A stretch of DNA of 64,000 nucleotides from Geosiphon pyriformis uo1 (taxonomy: Eukaryota > Fungi > Glomeromycota), in contig JAAOMT010000557.1 in the NCBI GenBank assembly GCA_016748015.1, forward strand, positions 62,001-126,000, read 5' to 3'. Position numbers and translations under genes: made by a program. The stretch's first letter is position 1. Each line of letters begins with the position of its first letter. The notes under the pieces were generated by a model, which made no database searches, had not been told where the DNA came from, and worked only from the letters and a program-made list of their open reading frames with translations. Positions 1 to 12,693 of this stretch are shown piece after piece.

Positions 1-40
1 GTGTGAATGAGTGACCATTACTATTACAATTATTACTAGC

Positions 41-42
41 AG

Positions 43-80
<38 letters not shown>

Positions 81-95
81 TTACTACTACTACTA
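41..95 (+). repeat. (TAC)n microsatellite
   Basis: Near-perfect tac run with one interruption, read directly. Confidence 0.95.
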
Positions 96-241
96 TAAAA
101 ATTTTATATTATTACGCACTTGAAATTCCGATTTTTTTTTCAATCATAAGCAATGGACGATCTGAATAAGTATCATCGCTTTTTAATCATTTGGCTATCA
201 ATCGTTCATCAATAATAACAATTCCTCTTTTCCTCCCCCCC

Positions 242-261
242 NNNNNNNNNNNNNNNNNNNN
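242..261. other. Assembly gap (Ns) flanked by poly-C
   Basis: Run of n characters between two C homopolymers. Confidence 0.99.
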
Positions 262-1278
262 CCCCCCCCTTCTTTAAATGACTTAAAAACATACAATGTT
301 GTGTTGTGTTATTATATAAAAAAAAATAATTCATATAACTGTTAATAAATTGTCATCCCTCAGAGGAAAACTTCATACGTAATTTTGGTATTACTACTAG
401 CCCATTAAATAGATCATTTCTCATTAAACTCCTAGAATATGCGACGAAAATCTACTTCTCTCGTGGCTGTGCATTACTTTGCGTACTTACGTGTTTATTT
501 TCCTTGCGTGGTTTGGGTTGCTGAATAAATAAAAACGAGAAAGGATAAAGATCGTGAATATTACCCAAATTTTTTTATCAATTACTTCTCAATCAATCAA
601 ACTAACTCCCGCAGTCAAATCCCTTTACTTATTCTGACTTTGACATCATCTGTCCTCGTTACATTTTTATTGTCCGAACTAACAGCGGGACTTCTCCATC
701 CACAAGCTGAAAAACCCCAACTGATATTCCCAGGGTGACTAAATTATCCTTCTTGAGAATGTTACTCGAATGCTAAATTACTATAGAAAGTTAGTTTTTA
801 AAAATATATATATGATATTATAATTATTATTATTATCATATTTTGTTGATCATAGATTGGGTATTTTGTTGCTACGCATGAACCATGACCTTCGTTACTA
901 AATACCTATTAATACTATACTGTCTTATAATAAAGTTTTGAATGGTCTCACAGTTTGTGATACCGACCCTCGAAACTTGTCTCGGCCATACATAGATACA
1001 TAAAACAATCAGGTCCGCCGTTGATATAATAGTTTTTTTATTAGTTATATTTTCTCCTTTCTCTTTTTTCCCCTCACACCTACCAATTATCTAGCCGCTC
1101 TCTCTTAACTTTCTCTCACTCTCACTCTCACTCTCACTCTCTCACCAAAAACTCTTCTACCTCTTAGTTATCTTCATCGATTACTAAACCTATAAATCCT
1201 CTTTTAAAAAATCTTAAGCTTTACTCTCTTCTCTTCTCTTGTTTGTTGTTGTTGTCCTCGTCATTATAGTCGTCGCAG

Positions 1279-1282
1279 TAGC

Positions 1283-1342
<60 letters not shown>

Positions 1343-1370
1343 CGTCGTCGTCGTTGTCGTTGTCGTCTCG
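1279..1370 (+). repeat. Compound (GTA)n(GTC)n microsatellite upstream of the APSES gene
   Basis: Long gta run followed by gtc/gtt repeats; it explains the poly-V and poly-T ORFs in the track. Confidence 0.95.
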
Positions 1371-1795
1371 TCGTTTTTTGTTATCAAATTCTTTCTATTG
1401 GCAAACCAACACCAACTTAAAAAGAAAAACAACTCAACCACCCCTACTTATAAGAATTCAACGTCAATAGTTATTAGCTCGGAATCTTTTTGACTGCGTC
1501 CGGGAAATTTATTTCGATATTATCAGACTTTTCTCCAAGGCGTATAACTCCCTTACTCTTACCGAGACTTTTGACTTCTAGTTAAAGTTTATTTGACTTT
1601 GACGCGATCAACTCAACTCCTAAATACTTTTCTCAGATTCTCACTTGAATTTACTTTTTGTTTATTGCGGACAAAGTTTCAAGTAATTCTTTTGACTCCA
1701 GCTTTCACCACTATTGTAACTATTTTATATCAAAGTTTAAAACAAACTTTTCATTATAAATCCTTCTACATATTCTTCTTAGCCGTCCTGTTACA

Positions 1796-3928
1796 ATGTC
1801 GCAGGAGTCAGTCGAACCAATACGTTTCACAACCGGCTTCCTATTAAATTCTAACCTTACGGAAGTCTCTCCTTCAATAACAACAACGGTACTTACGGCG
1901 AGCCACGTTCCCCCCTCTAGCTCACCAAACCGACGCCGTAAATCTGGGTCAAGAAAACGATCTGCTCTACTACAAGACGCTGACCTTTATGATATTTCAA
2001 AAGAATCCCCTCTCTACAGACCTCACTCTACTCCAAACATTAATGTCGGACGAAACAAATATTCCACTTCTCTTGACACACGAGGTTACATTCCTGGTAG
2101 TTATTGATTGAAAATCTTGGTTTTTTCCAACTTTCCCAATGTTTTTCTGAAATTTCTGACAAATTGTATCCCATTTCTTTTTAAATTAAAGTTTATGAGT
2201 ACAACATCAATGAACATCCTATCATGTGGGATCGAGAAACAGGCTTCGTTCATTTCACTGGAATTTGGAAAGCTTTAGGCAAGAATAAGGCTGATATTGC
2301 GAAACTAGTTGATACTCACCCTGATCTTGCATCGGAGATCAAAAAAGTTCGCGGTGGATTTCTCAAAATTCAAGGGACTTGGTAAGTAAATAATTTTCTA
2401 CTTATTAATTAAAATATCACTAATTACTAATTCATTTTCCCAAATTCTCTATCTTTTGATCTAATCACATAGGATGCCTTTTGAATCAGCTCTTGAGTTA
2501 GCTCGCAGAACTTGCTATGAGCTCCGCGAAGAGTTAGTTCCAATATTCGGGATTAATTTCCCATCTCAAGCTTTGGACCCGACGCAGCCTGGCTTTGGAG
2601 TTTTAGTTCTTTCCGATGAAGCCGCTCAAAAGAAAAGATTGAGGCGTAAGCCTAAAGATCCTCGCATTTCTGTCGGAACAACTGGGAATAACATTACTCG
2701 TACTCCAATCACAGCAACTACTACGACCAATATTCCTCGTACTCCTATTCCAGCAGCTTCGACCATCATTCCCAATACTAATACCAAAAAACCCACTTTG
2801 AAGATTTTGATGAATTCACGCGAATCTCTTGTTAAGCCTAAGGACAAAATGGAACAGAAAAGTTTACCTTCTATTTCCCATCTAATGAATCCGATCGATC
2901 AATTAACAGATGCCCCGATCATACCTGCCATTATATCCAATCCTCCCACCATTCCCAATAACATGGTCGATCCCACATTGTCTGTCACTATCCCAAACAG
3001 CGTCATTGATCCGATGTTATTGGGTCTTGGACCTGTTAACGAAATCGGTTCAATCCCATTGAATCGTGAAATTTTAATTGACCCCATGCTCTTGGCCCTT
3101 GGATCGAATGGGGAAAATAATTCACCCTCATTCATTCCGATGACATTACAAGGCAGCGATATTAATAATCGGGGAAACCATCTCGAACATAATTATCAGG
3201 ATGGATACCTTCCATCAGAGTATCGATCAAAGGCCCGAAATATTTCGGCTTTGTTAAATGAGGAGGACGGTGACTTTCATCGCGATGTAAATAAAAAAAA
3301 CCTCTCGAGTCATAATGAATGGGATGATTACTTCAAAAATGTGACTTCCCAAAAACGTTCAAATTCTCATTTTGAATTCGATTCGCAAGAAGGGTCAAGC
3401 GACACACATGCGTCGAAACGTAGAAAAAATATAACGAATGATGCTTTCCAGGATCTCCAGTGGGATGAATCTAATAACTCTCCCGTAAGTGCCCTTGGAT
3501 CTGAAGATTATGTCTCCCACTATGAATTCGCTCCTGGATCACTTGACTCGATGGCGGGAGGTCAACAAAATCAAGATCAATCCTCAGCACCTTACCGCCT
3601 TGCCGAAGTTGACGAGGTCATTTCGCTCAGCAGTGGCGGATCCACCTCACAACGAGTGACCCGAAAGAAAATAAACAGGAACCGATGCTGTGATTCGTCT
3701 CTCGGCTGTTCACTCAGCCCTGAACATCCCCCGAACGCCCCGGTACCAGCTCCATTGTTCGAGGCTGACCTTCACCAGTTAATTGAGGCTTCAACAATTC
3801 TACAAAAGATGTCTCGAGACAATAGTTTTGTTGCTGGGAGTTCGGTTTCTTGGCCCAGAACTTTTGTCCTGGAAAATCAAGAGTTTCAATTTGTCGGCTG
3901 CAATTATCGAGTCGTACGCTATTGGTGA
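1796..3928 (+). CDS. APSES/KilA-N domain transcription factor (Xbp1-like group); exons 1796-2096, 2192-2381, 2473-3928
   Basis: Splicing two GT-AG introns gives RGYIPVYEYNINEHPIMWDRETGFVHFTGIWKALG...KKVRGGFLKIQGTWMPFESALELARRTCY...LVPIFG, an APSES DNA-binding domain, followed by a long low-complexity tail. Confidence 0.9.
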
Positions 3929-4827
3929 AGGAGATGGAGGAGAAGCAGGTGTTTTTGATGATGATGATGGCGGTGATGGTGGTGGTGTAAAAAGGTGGGG
4001 AAAGGAAGAGGGTTGATAGTTAGGTGAAGTTGGACTTTATTTTTTTGTAAATATTTTTCTGCTCGGTGGAGCTCGAACGGTTTTCACAGTTGAACGTTTT
4101 CTAGCTAGGTAATTGGTTTTTATTAATTTGATCGCGTGTGTTGAAAACCTAGTAGATTCCTTGAGCGAGCAGCACTGTATTGCGGACAATTATTTGCATA
4201 CAACTCTGTATATTTTTTTTTTAAATAATTTGTATATATATTTTGCTGCTTTTGAACTGATCTCATTTGCCATTGTAGATAGCTTTTTTTGCTTTCATTT
4301 TCATTTCTTTATTGCTTTAATTCCTTTATGTATAATGAACAAATATTATAATTGCTTTTGTTATCCGAGAATCAATTGAAATCCCGAGAATCATCAGTTA
4401 TGAGCATATCATTAATTATCAACTAAGCTTTATAATGATATAAAGTTGGAAGTAAAGTAATAAAATTGAGGAATGAAACTTTTAATAATTCCGAATTTCG
4501 AATCTTCATAAAATGCATTCAATATAGTAAATCAAGACTAAAAATTGATTACAATCACGGGCTTTTTATTATTGATGATGTCTCGAACTTATCATTGATC
4601 TCTTAAAAGGAATCCCGCAGAAACTTTTCGGTCATCAGGGAACAACTTAAAGATCGTATCATGGTGGGATTATTTTTGACTGATCTATCTAGCCAATCAA
4701 CTTTATTTGATTTGCACAACGAAAAATTATTGATAATCGAGAATTTTTTTGGTTCTAAAGGTTTTTTCCAATTTTGATTTGACTAAAGCTTTTTGATTCA
4801 ATATTCAAACTCGATCGATACTCGAGA

Positions 4828-6730
4828 ATGATTTCTTTCCGAATGGTCAACAGTAAAGTTCCTCATTGGTTAATCAGGTACTTTTCAAATTATTGAATAA
4901 AAAAGAATTTGACCAAAATTCAACATTCAAAGAGCAATTTCATTTTTTTGGTTAACCTTCACTTTCGAATTCAATGAATAATTAATGGGGTTGTAGACGG
5001 CGAAGGGTGAAGGGACTTTGTGTAGGTGCTCCTTCGCTTACCTCACCCTCTTTAAGAATCATGGGTGATAGGTAAGTTACGTCTTTCAATTATAATTATC
5101 ATGAATGATCAAATCGAAAAAATTACCCCAATACCTTCTGATTTACGGTTTTTAGCTATTGTTCCTTTTTTTCCTATACACGACCAACATTCACAAATAA
5201 AACCACAAATCAAATCGACCACTCCTCATCTCCAAAGTCATCTTTTCCACTACTCACAGACACAAACCAAACGAAACCCCGGCCACAATCATCGTCACCA
5301 CCATCACCATTACCAAACACACAATCACCACCACCTTCTATCCCCATACAATCTAAAGCTTCATCATCGCCTACCCCTTCTTCATCACCTACCCCTTCTA
5401 AAAAAGGATATTTAGCAAAAGCCAAAGAACTTTATTTTTTTTATCAAAACGGGTTACGACAAATTTGGACGAACCAAAAATTGGCACGACAATTGAAAGC
5501 TAGACGAGATCGTGATTTCCGACCTTTGACTAGACGGGAAGCTCAATTGGTCAGTAGTTATTCAGATCCAAGGCTTTCTAAAAGTTGTCGGTAAAAGATG
5601 AGATTGCTAATGTGAACCACTTTTGTTTCGAGTAATTACAGGTCAGAACTGCTCAAGTTGACGCGATAAAACTGTTTCCATTTGGGTTTCTTTTGTTCAC
5701 CGTAGCTGAACTGATACCGGTGATTTTTCTCATAGCTCCTTATGTGGTTCCTAGTACATGTGTAACCTTAAGTCAGAGGGTATGTAAAATGATTGAAAAT
5801 TTGAAATTTGATATGTATTGACATCATTTTTTGCTCTGTGCGATTTTAATCAATTCACGGTTGGATTTCAAAGGAAAAAATGCGTCGAAAGCTATATGAT
5901 AAACAACTTTTAGTCCATAAAGTGATTTTTGGATTTAATTATGCTCAGGTATGAGGTTTATAAAATTTGATGTTCCTGTCGGATATAGCAATTTTCTAAA
6001 ATTTGATAACCCTTAAAAGTTAGCCAAAAAAGACTTTCAAAGTTTGAGTGAAGTAATCACTCTACAAAAAAAGATTGGAAATCAGTTATATTTCGGATCC
6101 ATGAATAGAATATTATTGAAGGATCTTTGTAAGTGAGTATAACCTTGTATCTCTACAGAATCTTCCGTGATAAAATGTATTTTTTTTCGTCTCTGAAAAT
6201 TAATAATACTCCCTTAATCGATTTCAATAGATTCATGGGAATGAATACCTGGGGTACAAGAAAGAAACTTCAGAAGAGAATAGAAAGACGTCTCGATTAT
6301 TTATTTGTTGATGATCAGGTATCTTTTGGTTCACATTTTCTCGGAACATATTTCAAAGCTCACTGATTCTTTGATTTTGTTAATAGATGCTCGAGAAAGA
6401 AGGCACTAATGACCTGACATTGCAAGAACTTCAAATAGCAAATGAAGAACGCGGCATGTAAGTATTTTGAAAAGGGATTTCAAATCCATCACTTGTATCA
6501 TGAAATCATATTCAGCTTACTCATCCATGCCTTTACCGCGTTTCAGGCGATGTGTTGATGTGTCAGAAGAACACATGCGAAATGCATTGAATTATTGGAT
6601 TTCATTACATCTACACACCAACCCTGAAATCTCAGATGAAATATTAATGCTGAGTCGGATTTTCTTGTTGAACGCGGAATACCAGGTTCAAAAAACTTCT
6701 GGAAAGAAGGATATGGTGATTGCTATTTAA
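4828..6730 (+). CDS. LETM1-family mitochondrial inner-membrane protein (LETMD1-like), multi-exon
   Basis: Joined exons give an Arg-rich N-terminus (MISFRMVNSK...RRRVK), then FYQNGLRQIW, LTRREAQL|VRTAQVDAIKLFPF...ELIPV...VPSTC, LDYLFVDDQ|MLEKEG...LTLQELQIANEERGM, matching LETM1-domain motifs. The start exon is inferred. Confidence 0.8.
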
Positions 6731-7342
6731 ATTTGAGTCGTTTTAATAGGTTTGATAAGTGATTTCTTATTGTACGGCATGGTGGACTTTGTTGCCTTGC
6801 AAAATCGATGAACTTTTGGAATGTAGATGATTTTCCATTAATTGGATTTATTAATTAAAGCGCATCGTGAATTATGTTCGAGCTACATTTTGCCAGTGTG
6901 ATGTTAGGTAGGGATGTTGATTGGCTCCTCTCTTTGTTTGTTATACAAATAGCATGAAATGAGAGTCTGAATATCATTGTCGATATGGTGACAAGTTTGA
7001 ATCTAAATAATTCATTGAACATACCCAAAGCCGATAATCGCTACTTGTTTAAATCTCATCATCTTTAACTTCAGTTAACACAACTAAGGTTAAAGTAATT
7101 TTTATTATAACAATCTGTTCAAATACAAATAAGGTGACCAAAGACTATATATATAAGATTCCTTTTTTTGTTTGATAATGCCAAGATATCAAAAATATAA
7201 CCTATAACAATATTTAATGGGAAGTTCAAATTTGCTAATATTTATTTTTTACAGCAATACTGTGTTGTATAATATATGACACAAATGTTACATAGTTTTA
7301 CACGTTCCATCCACCAGAAATCCTGTTATTGTAAGAGGGCCT

Positions 7343-10300
7343 TTATGAATTCTCTTGCAAGACAGCGCCATCTTCAATCGCTGCTGGATTATAATCTTCG
7401 GATGATGCGAACAAAGCATCAAAATCTTCACCACCCATCGTACCGAATAACTCTTGCATTATAGCACCCAAATTTTCCAATTCTCTAATAATATCTTCCA
7501 TCACCAACGCATATGCGTAATACACAATATAATGCTCATCATTACCCTCTACCACACGTTGTCGAACCACTGGCAAATCTCGAATTTTTTGAACCATTCG
7601 TCTGCGCGCTTGGTCAGCCGGAGGTAAATATGGTGGTAGTGGTGTTTTGAGTCGTAAAGCCGCAGCCAAAATATAAAAGTATAATAACATATTACCGACA
7701 AGTTCGCGTAATTCACGATTAATCGGAATAATGAAATCGCGTCGAATCGCTTCATAGAATTGTTCTTTAGTGACGGCGATACGCATTGATAACATTTTGT
7801 CCAGAATATTTTGACAACTATTGAGAATCTTGCCATAGGTATGTACGGGAAAGGGACCTTTGAGACGTGGTTCGTTTGGTGTTTGCCCTAATAAATCGCG
7901 TAACTCGATAATGGAAACTTGTAAAAAGAGTTCGAGTTCCATAAATTCTTTGGTTGAGGTTGACAGATGATACTTTGATTGTGTGAGTGTTATAGCAGTT
8001 TGTTGTGCATTTGCGTTACTTCTGATTGAGTTGCCAATTAAGTCGTCATTTTCTCTGTTTGATTTTTGACTATCTTGTGGTGGGTGGGAGTAAAGAGCTA
8101 CAAGCTTTTTGTACAGCCAGCTCATATTTATAATCAAAAGACTCAAGCCTTTTCTTAGTTCGGTTCTTGCCTCATAAGGCCACCAATAGCTCGTCACATA
8201 AACGCCCCATAAAACACCAGTAGATACGGCGACACCACGATAAAGGGCAAGCTGCCCTATATCTAGATTGTCTTCATCTTCTTCATTTCGTAAATTGAAT
8301 TTATACAGGGCAACGAGATTATAACCCAAGAGAATAAATTGTCCCATTCGATTATATTTCGTGTGGAGAAGAATATAAAAGCATGGTAGCGCGATGAAGA
8401 AACCGAATAATGCGAGAACGGGGGCATTATCTGGGAACAGAGAGTAGATAACAAAAGCGAGCCCTGATCCGAAAAAGGTTCCTAATACCCGATATAAACC
8501 CATTAGGTTTGTCCCTCCCACAGTAGGCACCATAACCACCATCATCTGATAAAATATTTTTAATGTTAACTATTGACAGGAAAACTAATGAAATTTGCAA
8601 GGATTTAACCCAACTTACAGAAATACAGGCCCATTCTCCTCTATACTTGACAAAAGTAGGTCTCGTATATTCAATAAATGCTGGTGCCGCTAAGATAGCA
8701 GCACTCACTGCAGCTTTGAATGCATACTTAACCTCAAATCGACGGAAACAAGATGACCATTTCCATATACGCATGGTAAATGCTTGCCATTTAGTTTTCG
8801 GTTCTGGGGTTTGAAGCGTATTGTAGAGATTATGAGAGTGCTCGGGAAACTGCGGTTTGACGTGGAGTTTACTATCTGCCCCAACATCTTTCCTTGCCTC
8901 GACATTTTTACCAAAAAAACCATCACCAATATTCCACCACTGCCACCATTTTCCCTTTCTAAATTTTGCTGATTCTTTTTTTCCAGTTTGATTAATTCCA
9001 CCAACCAATACTACAAGACGTTCAAGTTCCCGAGTAAATTCTTGGAGGTTGAATACGAAGAAGTAAATTAGAAAGACTTCTTCATTTGGCCGGCCATCAA
9101 AGTGCCCATCACTCGATTCCTTTTTGTATAAACGAGTTACCGCACGAGTTTGTGAGGTTTCGAAAAGTGAGAGAGCTGCTTGAAGATTTTGTTGAAGAAG
9201 AGAAAACGAGGGCCCATTATTTAAGGTGGGATCATAATCTGAGGTGTTTTTTCCAAATTGATCTTGAAGATAGATCATGGTTTGTTTGCAGGTGTAAGCT
9301 AGGGATTTCATGTGTGGGCCAACATGACTAATAAATTCCAACAAGACTCCCAGATCTCCATAATCTTCCTCTTCTAAAAAATTTCCACTCGGTCTTCGTT
9401 GAGACCCACCTTCTTGCAATGGAATTCCATCTCCATTTTTATCCATCTCTTTAAGCATTTCCCATTGAAGACCACAGCAACTTCGTAGACCCCCCAAATG
9501 TTGTGCCAAACGTTGCAAACTTTTAACAATTTCACGATACAACTCCAATTCACGTTGCATCTGCCTATTAAAAATCTCTGATTTGGCTTCGTTAAGCGAG
9601 GCTTCAAGAGATGTGAAAGTGGCACGATGTGAAGCGATTGCTGCTTGAACCGATTTGTCGGTATAGTGTATATCATCGATGAGGAACGTTTTCGTGAGCA
9701 GTTTAAGCAAAAGTCGAAATGAGCCCAAAGTTTTGCCAATATCGGCTCTGATAATAATTTGAGACACTTTAGTAATAATAATTGGAGACAAAAGTAGAGA
9801 AGTTTCGCTTAGCTTATATCACTGATATTACTTTAGTTTATCACTTGCACTCACAGGCCACACCAGAACCGATACCAAGAAGCTGATAGACACTCCCAAC
9901 AGCACAATAGTGGTTACTTGAAATATTTTGCTTGTAGAGAATTCACCAAGGATCACGCTTCCTTCTTTTGTTAACGTGATGAATATAATGATGTTTGAAA
10001 GAGAGGAAGCTAAGAAAAAAGCGTAATAAGCATATTGAATTTCATAAAAAGGAATCGTAATCATGATTAGAATATTTTTCAAAAGTACTAACCGTTATTA
10101 AAGAATGGCTCTTTAAGAGTTGCTTTTAAGAAAGCAGTGATAAACATACTCCCACCACACCATATGATGACGCTCACAACGTGACCTAAAGTATACAATT
10201 CCTGCTTGTTGAACCAAACGGCGGAAGCCATACTGCCAACAGATATGAGCACGGCATAAAGACCCCCAAAAAGTGCAAATTTGACAGCTTCCAAAATGCC

Positions 10301-11579
10301 ACCGATAGATTTTGCTGGATTGAAGAAAACTGCCACGGCGCCAACAAGATGTGAATTTTTAGCTGAGGTTAAGCCGACCCATTGATTCAATTTTGGTATG
10401 TAAGTAAACATAGAAGCAAGGAAATATGCCAATGCGCACTTGATGATGTTTTTTGCGTTTAGTGAAAGTCTTGTGTTTCGTCGAATCCAGGATTTGGCAC
10501 GGTGCTTGTATATATGGAAACAGTTATCTGTATAACGATGACGATGTGGATCTTCTTCCATATCCTCAAAGGTTGGGAAATAATCGGAATCTGAGTCATT
10601 TTCATCAGGAAGAAGTGGGTCATTATCAGATGTGGAAACCCTGTTTAGACGGAAAAAATTATGGCGAAATTGTAAAAATCGAGATTTCAAATTATGAGAA
10701 AAATCCCAAAGAAATTATATTAATTTGATACCTTGGTAATATTGGGGAGGTTTCAGAAGTCAAAGAAACTTTACGACGTTGTTTTGAGCCATCATCCATA
10801 ATAACGCTGAATAAACTTAGACCATCATCAAGAGACCTTGAAAAGTGAGGAAGGGAATCATATTGTGAGGAAACACTGGTAGGAAAAAAATTCTCTGCAG
10901 TTGCATAGCTTGATTGAAGGGGTGAAGCGACAAAGGAACCATCACTATAATGTCTTAGGGTACTCCATGGAAGCCTTTCACTTGAATAAGAACCAGTCGT
11001 TGTAGGATGAGATATGCGATTATATCGAGCAGTTGGTGGACTAAATTGAAGTTTTGACGGTCGTGATTGAACTTTTTTGAAACCAATGGAGGGTGATATC
11101 CCTCGGTCATTTAAACTACCGGATGGATCATAGGATTGATTGTTGACTGGAGATGAATTGAATGATAAATTATCAGGTTCTTCGATGATTGCATCTAATG
11201 AATTATCTTTATGATGCTGTTGTTGTTTTTGTTGATTTATGGATCGATTCTGGTTTGCAAGTTCACGTTGAGTTTTTCCAGGTCGAGATTCGGGGGAACT
11301 TGAAAGTTCATGAAAAATGTCATCAAATAGACTTGAATTTTCTTGATTTGGATATGGTCTTCGTTGAGATGATGAATTTTGAGTTTTTTGTGTTGAAGGT
11401 GAGGACTGAATTAATATTTGAGAATCTGGAGACGCATCTTGGGCTAAAGATGAAGCTAATAACGAAACATCATTATGTGGTGGTAGTGGTTGGTCTGATT
11501 TCTGGTGAATAAAAGCGTCAAAAGCAGAATATTGGCTCGTTGAGTTTTCTTCATTGATGTTATTTTGATTTGAATTCAT
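7343..11579 (-). CDS. FUSC/ArAE (ALMT-like) family membrane transporter, Bre4/YGL140C-like, multi-exon
   Basis: ORFs 10692-11579, 10088-10690, 9828-10082, 8427-9791 and 7343-8545 join by GT-AG introns. Two TM bundles; motifs KYAFKAAV...RGEWACIS.MVVM.PTVGG...RVLGT, WPYEARTELRKGLS, EPRLKGPFP, PLPPYLP. Confidence 0.85.
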
Positions 11580-12693
11580 TTAAATCAAATTTTTATTTTG
11601 AGATAATTCAATTTTTAAAAGCTTTTTGACCGAGAAATTTGATAAAAAGTAAAGCATGTACTAAAAGTGGTCTCAATGCTTGCTTATTCTCAGTTTCGAC
11701 AATCTGCCTTTTTTTAAAATTAAAAGATAAAACTATTTTTTTTAAGATTGAACATAAGAGCAGTGTTTGCAATGAAAACCCCCTAACCATATGAAAAGGA
11801 GGAGTTGTATTTATAAGAGAAACAAACACATGCAAATCTATCCTATCTTTTTATCCTGTCATATTATGCAAACTGTTCTTATCGGGTGGGTATTGATGAA
11901 CTTTTTATTGTTCGTGGAAAAAATCCTAAGATCAGAGTTTAAACCCTGATAAGTTTAGTTTATTTGATTAATTAATAACCTTAATTATCTATAATGCGAA
12001 CATCAATATCAAACATATTCAATATGAAGTAATTATGTGATCATAAAAATAACACCATTGATCATCTTAAAGATGCAAAGTCACATGATATTATTAATGC
12101 TAAAAATGTTATTAAACATGTAAATTTTAAAAAATAATTTTAATAACAGAAAATATTAATAATAAATTATTCAAACGTTGCAATTTATAAAAAAAAAATT
12201 TAATCAAACATTTATTGCTTATTGATATTCTTAATTAATTCCAAAATAAAAAATATTTTTTATAAAACATTTGATTAAATAAAAACAACTTTTTTTCTTT
12301 TTTTGATAGTCTACGATAGCTTTTTCCAAAAACTTATATAAGCAATTTTAGTTTTATATTTAATAAAATTATAATTACAATATTTATTTTTAAAACTAAA
12401 AGTTATTGTTATTTTTAAAGTAATAATATTAATAAATATTAAAAACTTGGACATTTGTAATTTAATTTTATGATCGTGGCAGAACCCCGATTAAATTGCT
12501 TCAGCCTTCGGTGGCTTATCCGTTCGGGAATCTGACGCCTGATCAAAGATAAGTACACTGTTCAAAAAATAGTTCGTGTTCCTGGGAAACAATTCTTCTT
12601 TCAACTCCGGAGAAAGCTCGGCAAGAGCTGCCCTCCACATCACTGGAAAACCTTGTTGCGCAATAAAAATCTTCCCGCGTTTCAGTGTTGCCT

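Noticed and set aside
1214-1493. Poly-Thr and poly-Val ORFs
   Set aside because: Translations of the (GTA)n microsatellite, with no other coding signal.
5065-5415. His-rich ORF
   Set aside because: Alternative frame of the Ser/Pro-rich exon of the LETM1-like gene.
6319-6386. Possible U12-type intron (GTATCTTT donor) in the LETM1-like gene
   Set aside because: The donor deviates from GTATCCTT and there is no CCTTAAC branch site; a U2-type branch is available.
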